Source of the DNA: Anaeramoeba ignava BMAN
Taxonomy: Eukaryota; Protista; Anaeramoebae
Assembly: GCA_028826165.1 (NCBI GenBank)
Contig: JAPDFW010000136.1
Location: 682,001-746,000, forward strand
Length of the DNA: 64,000 nucleotides
Direction of reading: 5' to 3'
The stretch's first letter is position 1; each line of letters starts with the position of its first letter. The position numbers were made by a program, and so were the translations under genes. Positions 1 to 10,956 of the stretch are shown here, one piece after another. The notes under the pieces are model-generated. The model ran no database searches. It was not told where the DNA came from and saw only the letters and a list, made by a program, of their open reading frames with translations.

Positions 1-1485
1 TTAGGCATTGTTGAAAGAAGTGATTTCGATTCAGGATCTGAAGTGTCAACATCATCCATTTCAATTTCTCCAATAAATTCAGGATATTTTTTATGAATCA
101 AATCATTTGGTTGATTAATTTCTAAATATCTTAAATTTTGAATCAATTCTGCTATCAATTCTGCATTTTTTAAAAATGAGAATTTAGGTCTTTGAATGTC
201 ATCATAAAGTTTCATTTTCAATATTTGATTATCATTTTTACTAAAAATTTCTAGTGAAGATATTGTTGATATTTTCCAATGTGAAATTGTTTTTGTTCCT
301 GTTATAAATATTCTTAGATTTGATATTGCATATATTACATTTTTTTTTCTTGTAATATTTTTCCAAACTTTGAAAATACATCCTGAAAGGATCATATAAA
401 TAACTGCACCAATATAAAAAGAGAATGATTTTGGAACTTTTGTTTTATTTTTTAATTTGGATTTTTGATTTTTGATTTTGATTTTAATTTTAATTTAAAT
501 TTTGATTTTAATTTTAATTTTGATTTTGGTTTTAATTTTGATTTTAATTTTGATTTTAATTTTGATTTTAATTTTGATTTTAATTTTGATTTTGATTTTG
601 ATTTTGATTTTGATTTTGATTTTGATTTAAATTTTAATTTTAATTTTAATTTTAATTTTGATTTTAATTTTTAATTTAATTTTTATTTTGATTTTGATTT
701 TGATTTTGATTTTAATTTTGATTTGATTTTGGATTTTAATTTTGATTTTGATTTTAATTTTGAATTTTTATTTTGATTTTGATTTTGATTTTGTTTTATT
801 TTGATTTTGTTTTATTTTGATTTTGGTTTTGGTTTTGGTTTTGGTTTTGATTTTAATTTTGAATTTAATTTTGATTTTGATTTTAATTTTGATTTTAATT
901 TTGATTTTAATTTTGATTTAAATTTTAATTTTGATTTTAATTTTAATTTTAATTTTGAATTTAATTTTAATTTTAATTTTAATTTTAATTTTAATTTTAA
1001 TTTTAATTTTGGATTTTGATTTATATTTTGATTTTAATTTAATTTTGGATTTTGATTTTGAATTTGATTTAAAAGAATTTACAAAATATTATTTCCAAAA
1101 TCAAAGGAATAATAGCAATTAAAGAATAGACATGTCTTAAAACATTTTCAATATGTAAATAAGAAGAACTAGAAGGCAAACCAATCCAAAGTAAAATTTC
1201 ATTTTGAGAATCTTTAGGAATTTGAGATTGTAATAAAGACATGATATTTTTTGGAATTTCATCTAATCTTTCTTCAAGACTCTTTGCTGTTGATATTCGT
1301 TTTTGGATTTTTTTAATTGAAGTTAAATTTGTTATTGAAAGATAAAGAAAAATAAGAAAAATAATTAAAGTAACACAAAATAATGCGAATCCAATAAAAA
1401 AAGCAGAATCCATTATTACTAAAAATAATAAATAAATTATTATAAAAATACTCAAAAAGAAATAAAAAAATGAAAAACGATTCAA
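1..1485 (-). CDS. Membrane protein (TM helices + bacterial-type PH-like C-terminal domain), paralog A; runs off the window start. Exons ~1485/1413-1083 and 436-<1; intron 437-1082
   Basis: Phase-1 splice T|GTAAAT...AAAAG|TT joins ..LEIIF to FPKSFSFYIGAVIYMILSGCIFKVWKNITRKKNVIYAISNLRIFITG.. Clear similarity to the neighbouring gene (VFYAISNYQIFII). Start uncertain (ATG at 1413 or further upstream). Confidence 0.7.
465..1068. repeat. Intronic hexamer microsatellite (AAAATC/AAAATT on the sense strand)
   Basis: Direct reading; lies inside GT-AG intron 437-1082. Confidence 0.95.
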
Positions 1486-1566
1486 ATTTTTTTTTTCATT
1501 TCAAAATAATTCCAAAAAATAAAAATCAAACAAAGAAAAATAAAAACCAAACAAAGAAAAATAAAA

Positions 1567-3567
1567 TTAATCTGAAGTTGAAGTTGAATCTGAATCTGAA
1601 TTAAGACTTTCAATTTTTGGAATATTTTTTGGAATATTTTTTGGAATTAAAGGAATTTCATCATTTTCATTTTGATTTAAATTTTGATTTTGATTTTGAT
1701 TTTGATTTTGATTTAAATTTTGATTTTGATTTAAATTTTGATTTTGATTTTGATTTTGATTTTGATTTAATTTTGGATTTTGATTTTGATTTTGATTTTG
1801 ATTTTGATTTTGATTTTGATTTTGATTTAAATTTTGATTTAAATTTTGATTTTGATATTGATTTTGATTTGGATTTAAATTTTGATTTTGATTTAATTTT
1901 GGATTTTGATTTGGATATTGATTTGGATATTGATTTGGATATTGTTGATATTGATATTGTTGGTATTGTTGATAAATCTGTTGTTGTTGAGTAAGTGGAT
2001 GTTTTTGAGAAAGTGGATATTGTTGATAAAATTGTTGGTTATAAAATTGTTGTTGATTGTGAACTTGATTAGGAATAGAATTTGGAATAACAACTTGATT
2101 AGAATAAGGAAGATATTGAAAATTTTGAAAAGGAAGAATTTGAGGATTTGAGGGTTCCAAAGAAGGATATTGCACAGGATTAAATTCTGAAGATTTTTGG
2201 TTTTGAGGAGGAAATTGTTGCAATTCAATTTCGTTTTGTTCTGCAATTGGAGGTGATTCAAGTTGAGGAATTTGATGTTGAGGAAGTGGAAAATTTCTTA
2301 AGGAATTGATTAGTTGAGCAGCTTCTCCTGGATCACTTATACATTCGAATATGGGTTGGTTAATATGATCCTCAATTCCAATTACTAAATTCTGTGTTTT
2401 TTCATCATATCTTTGAAATGATAATGTTGTAATTGAGGAAATATCCCAACTTGTAATTCCTCCTTTTTTTTTTGGATTGATAATAAATATTTGATAATTT
2501 GAAATTGCATAAAAGACTTTTTTTTTGTGTTTTTGTGTGTAAAATTTATGAAATAATATTATATCAAGACCAATGTAAAAAATACAACCAATATACCAAG
2601 AAGTAATAACCCAAACTAAAATTTGAAGTTTTAATTTTAATTTCAAAAATGAATTTTAATTTTAATTTTAATTTTAATTTTAATTTTAATTTTAATTTTA
2701 ATTTTAATTTTGATTTTAATTTTAATTTTAATTTTAATTTTAATTTTAATTTTAATTTTAATTTTAATTTTAATTTTAATTTTAATATTAATTTTAATTT
2801 TAATTTTAATTTTAATTTTAATTTTAATTTTAATTTTAATTTTAATTTTAATTCTAATTTTAATTTTAATTTTAATTTTAATTTTAATTTTAAATTTAAA
2901 TTTTAATTTTAATTTCAAAATGAATTTTAATTTTAATTTTAATTTTAATTTTTAATTTTAATTTTAATTTTAATTTTAAATTTTAATTTTAATTTTAATT
3001 TTAAATTTAATTTTAATTTTTAATTTTAAAAATTTTATTTTAATTTTAATTTTAATTTTGATTTTAATTTTAAATTTTAATTTTAATTTTAATTTAAATT
3101 TTAATTTTAATTTTAATTTTAATTTTAATTTTAATTTTAATTTTAATTTTAATTTTAATTTTAAAATGAATTTTAATTTTAATTTTAATTTTAAAATGAA
3201 TTTTAATTTTAAATTTTTGAAAAATATCTATCCTACAAGTAAAAAGTAAAGCAGGAATTGAAATAACTGCTAAAACCATGGAAACATTTTTCAATTTTCT
3301 AACAGAACGAAAATAACTTTCATTCAAAGGAAGTTGAACCCAAAGAATTCTTTCTTGAGTAATTGGAAATCTCATTTTTGATAAAAGTATATCCAAAGAA
3401 TTTCTTGGAAAATTACTTAATTTTTCATCAATATTTCTTGAAGAATTAATTTTTTTTTGAAGTGTTCTTGTTTTACTTATTAAAACAGTAATTAAATGGA
3501 ATAAAATCAAAAAACAAATAAAACCAATTAAAGTAATAATAACCGGATAAAAAAAACGATTAACCAT
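1567..3567 (-). CDS. Membrane protein (TM + PH-like domain + Q/N-rich tail), paralog B. Exons 3567-3237 and 2615-1567; intron 2616-3236
   Basis: Phase-1 splice T|GTAGGA...TTTTAG|TT joins ..PALLFT to FWVITSWYIGCIF.. Same intron position and phase as paralog A. Confidence 0.8.
2630..3215. repeat. Intronic (AAAATT)n microsatellite
   Basis: Direct reading; inside intron 2616-3236. Confidence 0.95.
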
Positions 3568-3701
3568 TTTAGTTTTTATTATTGTTTTTATTATTTTTTA
3601 TTTAAAGAAGAAAAATGAAAAAAAAAAGCAAAAAAAAAATGAAAAAAAAATTCTTTTTATTTTTTCATTTTTTTTGTTTTGTTTTGTTTTGTTTTTTTTA
3701 A

Positions 3702-6367
3702 ATGTCAACCGTTATTCAAACTGCTCAAGTTTTGGCCCAAATTAAAAAAATAACAACAAATTCATGGAAACCTTTTATAATTACTCTTACAATAAATTCA
3801 CTTGAATATCAATTACATCAAAAAGTAAATTAAAAAAAAAATAATAAGAAAAAATTTTTTTCTTTTTTAATCAATTAAAAAAATAAATAAATAATTAAAT
3901 AAAAAAATAAATAATAAATTAAAAAAAGAGTCGTTCTTCTCGGAAAAAAGTTATTGATTTATCCAAATCTTCTCTTGTTAGAATGTTTCATGGATCAGAT
4001 CCTTTATTGAAAATTACAGAAAATTCAACTATTTTATTTTTAAAATTTTCAAATGAAGAAGAATTATCAAAATGGAAAACAGCTATTGAAGCTGTTATAA
4101 CTAAAATTGTACTTATCAAATCAAAATTTAAAATTAAAATCAAAATCAAAATTAAAATCAAAATTAAAATCAAAATAAAAATAAAAATCAAAATTAAAAT
4201 CAAAATTAAAATCAAAATCCAAAATCAAAATAAAATTAAAATCAAAATTAAAATCAAAATCAAAATCAAAATTAATATCAAAATCCAAAATTAAAATAAA
4301 AATTAAAATCAAAATAAAAATTAAAATCAAAATCAAAAATTAAAATTAAAATTAAAATCAAAATAAAAATTAAAATTAAAATCAAAATCAAAACTCAAAA
4401 TTTAAATTAAAATCAAAATTAAAATCAAAATTAAAATTAAAATTAAAATTAAAATTAAAAATAAAATCAAAATCAAAACTAAAATTAAAATTAAAATTAA
4501 AAATAAAATCAAAATCAAAATTAAAATTAAAATTAAAATTAAAATCAAAAATTAAAATCAAAATTAAAATCAAAATTAAAATCAAAATTTAAAAGAAACA
4601 AGAAGAATATTTCAATCAATCAGAAGAATCAAATAAAGCAAATCAAAATAAAATGATTTTTAAATCAGGACTTCTTCAAAAACAAGGAAAAAAAACACTT
4701 TTTCGACAAAAATGGAGAAAAAGATATTGTGAATTACTAAAAAATTCACAAAATAATCAATACGAATTAGTTTATTATGCAGATGATTCAGTAAAATAAA
4801 AAAATAATGAAAAATTAAAAGTGAAATTAAAATGAATATTTTTATTTTTTAACAAGGCAACTAATCCAAAAGGAAAAATAAGTCTCTCAAAAGTAAAAAA
4901 CACAAAAGAACATGGATTTAAAAACGAACCATTTGGATTTCAAGTTGAAACTGAAGGAAGAACTTATTGTTTTGCAGCAAATAGTAAACATGAAATGCAA
5001 AGTTGGGTTTCACTTCTTTCAAATTGGACATCAAATTTTGATGAGAAGAAATTTATTGAACAACATCAACAAAACAGATCAACTCGTTCATATGGAAATA
5101 GAAGTGTAGTTACAGGAAATCAACTTGATAATCAAACATTTCCTCAAGAAAAAATGGATCATTTAAAAGAAAATTTAAAGCAAGATTTAAAAGAAGATTT
5201 AAAAGAAGATTTAAAAGAAGATTTAAAAGAAAATTTAAAAGAAAATAAAAAAGAAGATTTAAAAGAAAATAAAAAAGAAGATTTAAAAGAAGATTTAAAA
5301 GAAAATTTAAAAGAAGATTTAAAAGAAGATTTAAAAGAAAATTTAAAAGAAGATTTAAAAGAAGATTTAAAAGAAAATAAAAAAGAAGATTTAAAAAAGA
5401 AAATTTAAAAGAAGATTTAAAAGAAAATTTAAAAGAAAATTTAAAAGAAGATTTAAAAGAAGATAAAAAAGAAGATAATTTAATTAATGAAAATAAGAGT
5501 GATGATGAAAATGAAATAGGAAATTTTTTAAAAGATTATAAAATACGACATGAAAAATACAAAGATAAAGATAAAGAAAAAGATAAAGAAAAAGAAAAAG
5601 AAAAAGAAAAAGAAAAAAAATATAATGAAAATGAAGATTCTATTCAATTACAAGAAAAAACACAAAAAATTCAAGAAAAAAACAACAAACATGACAATCA
5701 AGAAAATAGTGAGATTGATCAAAATGAAATTAAAGAAATTGATCAAAATGAACAAGAAGAAATTGAAATTCCTTTTGAAGGAAATGAGGACGAATTAGAA
5801 GAAAAAATAAACGAAATCAACAAAAGATTCCAAGAAAACCAAGAAAAAGAAAGAAAAAAAGAATTAGAATCAAATTCACCGTTATATGAACCACAATATA
5901 GGGAACTTTTCCGAGAAATACAACTAGAAGATATGGGAGATTTACTTGATTTTACAGAAAAAGAAGAAATTTTTTTCAGTCAACTTCGTGAATTTTTAAC
6001 TCAAGGTCGAGAAGTTCAATCGATTGGAAAAAAATCGAAAATTAAAAAATCACTTCTTTTTGTTACTTCTGATGGATCTGGTATTGGTTTGACAAGTTTT
6101 GATAGACAAGAGTTCTTGAAAGTCTTCCCAATCGATTCCATTTTGAAAATTGAAGAAGGAATTGAAGAGAAGTTTTTGCAAAAGGTTCAAAATTTACCTA
6201 AAAATATACACAATGAAATTGATAATTCTTCTTTTTTTTCTGTTTTTTTTGAAGAACAATGCATAAGATTAATTGCAAAATCATCTCGAGAAAAATTGTT
6301 TTGGATTCAAACTCTTGAAAAACTTCAAAAGTTATCAAAATTAAAAATATCTGCATTTTATTTTTAA
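3702..6367 (+). CDS. Multi-PH-domain protein (three PH-like domains, acidic KEDL/KENL-repeat linker). Exons 3702-3824, 3929-4108, 4596-4790, 4857-6367; apparent frameshift near 5400
   Basis: Three phase-0 GT-AG introns give PH motifs: ..LKFSNEEELSKWKTAI; KSGLLQKQGKK..WRKRYCEL..GRTYCFAANSKHEMQSWVSLL; C-terminal ..IRLIAKSSREKLFWIQTL. The frame break lies in an A-run within the 12-nt repeat. Confidence 0.8.
4120..4590. repeat. Intronic (AAAATT/AAAATC)n microsatellite
   Basis: Inside intron 4109-4595. Confidence 0.95.
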
Positions 6368-6682
6368 AAGGAAAAATGAGAATAAAAAAAAAATTTTGAC
6401 AAAACAAAACATTTATGAAAAATTTCTATTTTTGTTTTTTTTTTTGAAAAGAGATTTAAAAAGAATAAAAAAAGAATAAAGAAAATTTTGATGAAACTGA
6501 AACATTTATGAAACTTATCGAAATTAAAAAAAGTGAAAAAAAAAAATTTGAAAAAATTAGAAAGAAAAGAAAAAAAATGAAGTTAAACGAAATTATTGTT
6601 TTCCAATAAATTGATCTAAATGAACCAATTTAAAAAGAAAAAGCAAAAGCAAAAAAGCAAAAAGAAACGAAATAGGGAAAAA

Positions 6683-8092
6683 TTAGAACATTGAACCCAA
6701 ATTTGAGATTGCACCACTAGCTCTTTTTTGGATATTAGGATTTGAAGGATAGAGTTTGAGGATATTTGACAAAATCTGAACGCCATCAAGTCTTGAGATG
6801 ATCTGTCTGTTATCATTATCGCAAGACATATTCATCAAGCAACCGCAAGCCTTGTCAACAAAAGTTTCCTGGTGTGTGTTTGATTTAAGGAGTTCGATAA
6901 CGGATTGGATTGCTCCCTTTTCACCGACAAGACGACGAGCGGTTTCATCGAAGGAAAGATTTGAGATAACAGAAACAACTCTTTCAAGAACACGGAAATT
7001 TGAGGGGAAATTTTTCATTGCTTGGATAAGAAGCTCAATGCCGCCGTTCTGGGCGATAGAGACCTGATTTTCAGCATCGAGCGCGAGAGTAAGAAGGACA
7101 CCGAGAACGCGCTCTTGGATGCTTGGCTCAAGGGGGTTTGCTTTCATGACTTGGAGGATGACGAGGACGCCATCATTTTGGCCTATTGTGAGTCTGTTTT
7201 GTTCGAGCATTGCGAGGTTGTGGAGGGCTGAGAGACAACGCTGGAGAATCTGTGTGTTATTGGAGTATTTCTGCATGACGGAGAGGACTGCAACAAGACC
7301 TCCTTTGGAACCGATGAGTTTGGAGTTCTCGTTGTTGACTGAGAGATTAGAAATGAGACCGATGCAGCGGTTGAGGAGCTGCTGCTTGTCCATGTTGTTT
7401 TCTATGAGGGAAACGACGAGATCGATCCCGCCGCCTCGACCGATAAGGATGCCGTTGACATCATTTGCTGCGAGATTGAAAAGCGCGGAAAGGCCTTTCT
7501 CCTGGATGTCAAGGTTGCTCTGGTGCTGTTTCATGAGGTTGATTATCAAAACAACGCCGCCTTCTTTGGCGACAATTGAGGAGATGGAATCGTGAAGAGC
7601 GAGGGTAAGCATTGCGCCGAAACCCTTGGCAAGAATCTGGGGTTTGTCTTTGTGGTAACGCAGGAGATTGAGAAGGACTCGGATTCCGCCCTCTTTGGCG
7701 ATTAGCACTTTGTTCTCGTCCTGAAACGACAAGTTCCAAATGGCCGCGCAGCATTTTTCCTGTAATGTCAAGTACACTTGATGATCCTTCATGGTTTGGA
7801 TGACCACTGTAATCCCCCCTAATTTTCCAATTTCAAGTGCGTTTGTGTCGTCAACCGAAATGTTTCCAAGCGCCCCGATTCCCTTCTCTAGTATGTTGTT
7901 GTTTTCCGCGTTGTTTTTTAATGTCTTGATGATTGCTTCAATTGCTCCAGATTGCCGGATAAGCGGTTGATTCTTGTCTTCCATTGCAAGGTTGTTTAAG
8001 GTGATAAAATGGTTAACAAGGACTTGTGGTGTGCCTTGTGCTGCATCGATTCCTGATACTATACTCTTTAATGACTCAAGTGTTGTTGTCAT
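6683..8092 (-). CDS. Armadillo-repeat protein (aardvark/Vac8-like), intronless, 469 aa
   Basis: About 10 ARM repeats of ~42 aa (e.g. QEKCCAAIWNLSFQDENKVLIAKEGGIRVLLNLL). Confidence 0.9.
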   Translation of the reverse strand: MTTTLESLKSIVSGIDAAQGTPQVLVNHFITLNNLAMEDKNQPLIRQSGAIEAIIKTLKNNAENNNILEKGIGALGNISVDDTNALEIGKLGGITVVIQTMKDHQVYLTLQEKCCAAIWNLSFQDENKVLIAKEGGIRVLLNLLRYHKDKPQILAKGFGAMLTLALHDSISSIVAKEGGVVLIINLMKQHQSNLDIQEKGLSALFNLAANDVNGILIGRGGGIDLVVSLIENNMDKQQLLNRCIGLISNLSVNNENSKLIGSKGGLVAVLSVMQKYSNNTQILQRCLSALHNLAMLEQNRLTIGQNDGVLVILQVMKANPLEPSIQERVLGVLLTLALDAENQVSIAQNGGIELLIQAMKNFPSNFRVLERVVSVISNLSFDETARRLVGEKGAIQSVIELLKSNTHQETFVDKACGCLMNMSCDNDNRQIISRLDGVQILSNILKLYPSNPNIQKRASGAISNLGSMF

Positions 8093-8220
8093 GTTTTCAA
8101 TTTGGAAATGAAAAAAATGAAAATTAAAAAAAAAATGAAAATGAAATTTGGAAAAAAAAAATTTTTAATTTTTCTCCTTTTGTTTTTCATTTTTTTCTTT
8201 TTCTTTTTTCTTTTTTCTTA

Positions 8221-10750
8221 ATGATTTCTTTAGACGACGATTTTGCAATTTTTTCAAGTAATAAAATTTTTGAGCCTCCAAATGTTAAAATGGGTCAAAA
8301 ACAAGAGGTTAAAGAAGAAAAACCTCATTATTCTGATAGAATTCAAGCACAAGTAAAAAACTATTTAAATAATTTATAATTATTTATAATTTAATTTATT
8401 TAGAAATTTATAATTTAATTTATAATTTAATTTATTTAAATTTATAATTTAATTTATAATTTTATTTATAATTTTATTTATAATTTTATTTATAATTTTA
8501 TTTATAATTTAATTTATAATTTAATTTATAATTTTATTTATAATTTTAATTTATAATTTTATTTATAATTTTATTTATAATTTTATTTATATTTAATTTT
8601 ATTTTATTTTTATTTTATTTATAATTTTATTTATAATTTAATTTATAATTTAATTTATAATTTTATTTATAATTTTATTTATAATTTTATTTATAATTTT
8701 ATTTATAATTTTATTTATAATTTTATTTATAATTTAATTTATAATTTTATTTATAATTTAATTTATAATTTTATTTATAATTTTATTTATAATTTTATTT
8801 ATAATTTTATTTATAATTTTATTTATAATTTAATTTTAATTTATAATTTAATTTTATTTATAATTTTATTTATAATTTAATTTATAATTTTAATTTTATT
8901 TATAATTTAATTTATAATTTTATTTTATAATTTTATTTATAATTTTATTTATAATTTTATTTATAATTTAATTTATAATTTTATTTTAATTTTATTTATA
9001 ATTTTTTATTTTATTTATAATTTATTTTATTTATAATTTATTTTAATTTATAATTTTATTTAATTTATAATTTTATTTTTTTTAATTTTATAATTTTATT
9101 TATAATTTTTAATTTTATAATTTATAATTTTATTTATAATTTAATTTATTTTATTTATAATTTTATTTATAATTTAATTTATAATTTAATTTTAATTTAT
9201 AATTTTATTTATAATTTTTTATAATTTATTTATATTTTAATTTATAATTTTAATTTATAATTTTAATTTATATTTTTTATTTATAATTTTAATTTATAAT
9301 TTTATTTATAATTTTATTTATAATTTTATTTTAGAATTTATAATTTAATTTTAATTTATTTTATAATTTAATTTTAATTTTATTTTAATTTATAATTTTT
9401 ATTTATAATTTATTTATAATTTTATTTATAATTTTATTTTAATTTATAATTTAATTTATAATTTTATTTATAATTTAATTTATAATTTTATTTTATTTTA
9501 ATTTTTAATTTTATTTTATAATTTTATTTATAATTTATATTTTAATTTTATTTATAATTTTATTTATAATTTTATTTTAATTTTAATTTATAATTTTTAT
9601 TTATAATTTTAATTTATAATTTTATTTATAATTTTAATTTTAATTTATAATTTTAATTTATAATTTTATTTATAATTTAATTTATAATTTAATTTTATAA
9701 TTTTAATTTTAATTTATAATTTTATTTATAATTTTTATTTATAATTTTTTATAATTTTATTTATTTTGAAATTTTATAATTTTATTTATAATTTTAATTT
9801 ATAATTTAATTTATAATTTAATTTATAATTTTATTTATAATTTAATTTATAATTTAATTTATAATTTTAATTTATAATTTTATTTATAATTTAATTTTAA
9901 TTTTATTTATAATTTTATTAATTTATAATTTTATTTATAATTTAATTTATAATTTTATTTATAATTTTATTTATAATTTAATTTATAATTTTATTTATAA
10001 TTTTAATTTATAATTTTATTTATAATTTTATTTATAATTTTATTTATAATTTAATTTATAATTTAATTTATATTTTTAATTTATAATTTAATTTATAATT
10101 TTATTTATAATTTAATTTATAATTTTATTTATAATTTAATTTATAATTTTATTTATAATTTTATTTATATTTTAATTTATAATTTTATTTATAATTTAAT
10201 TTATATTTTTATTTATAATTTTATTTATAATTTTATTTATAATTTCCTAAAGTTTTTTCAAGATAACACAAAACCTACTTCAATGGCTGTTACTGCAACC
10301 TTTGTTGCTAACTCTTCTGAATTTTTTCATGAAAAAACTTCATTTGATTCAAATTCAATGATTCGAAAATTTAACAAAATGTTTAAAGATAAAAAAATAA
10401 CACCTGAAATGAGATTTATTGGTGAATGGATTGAAGAAAATGAATCTGAAATTAAAGAGATATTCTCTTCAAAATCTCCTTCTTTAATTTTAACATATTT
10501 ATTAATGAATTTGTTAAAATATTATGAAAATATTTATCCTCCATTTGGTATCTTAAAAATTAAAAAGAAAAATTTTAACTGAAAAATTTTTTATTATTAT
10601 TATTAATTTTATTTATTTTAATAAAACAAAAAAAAAGCAAAAAAATCCGCTCTTGATACTGCTAATTCTCAAACTCAAAGATTATCAAATCCAAAAAGAA
10701 CAGGTGGTCAATCTGGAAGAAGACCTCCTTCAAGAAAAAAACGCAAATAA
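8221..10750 (+). CDS. Hypothetical protein (~179 aa) with a basic C-terminal CPI-like motif. Exons 8221-8352, 10253-10547, 10638-10750
   Basis: GT-AG introns 8353-10252 (phase 0) and 10548-10637 (phase 1) give an open frame ending ..QRLSNPKRTGGQSGRRPPSRKKRK*. Confidence 0.7.
8365..10245. repeat. ~1.9 kb intronic satellite, 12-nt unit ATTTTATTTATA/ATTTAATTTATA
   Basis: Direct reading; almost no G or C. Confidence 0.95.
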
Positions 10751-10956
10751 TTATACTTTTTTTGTTTTTTTTTTTTTTTTGAGAAACTCAATTTATTTCC
10801 TTTTATTTTTTTTTTTTCTACTTTTGGATTTCAAAAAAAAAAAAAAGGTTTTAAACAGAACAAATTCTTAATTTTTTTCTTTTAGATTATTTTTTAGATC
10901 TTTATTTAATTTTTTTTTTAAAAAAAAAAAGGAATTTAAAAAAGAAATTTTGATAA

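Noticed and set aside
465-4585. Many ORFs of the type FDFNF, ILILIL or KIKIKI (also at 13800-15200, 17550-18314, 23167-23870, 36821-37585, 40091-40573, 48806-48997, 62973-63236)
   Set aside because: These are stop-free translations of hexamer microsatellites in introns or antisense to NQ tracts, not genes.
5160-5460. Repeated KEDL resembling the ER-retention signal KDEL
   Set aside because: It is an internal 12-nt coding repeat, in the wrong residue order and not C-terminal.
6798-7754. Overlapping ORFs antisense or out of frame to the ARM gene
   Set aside because: Expected by-product of locally high GC; no recognisable domains.
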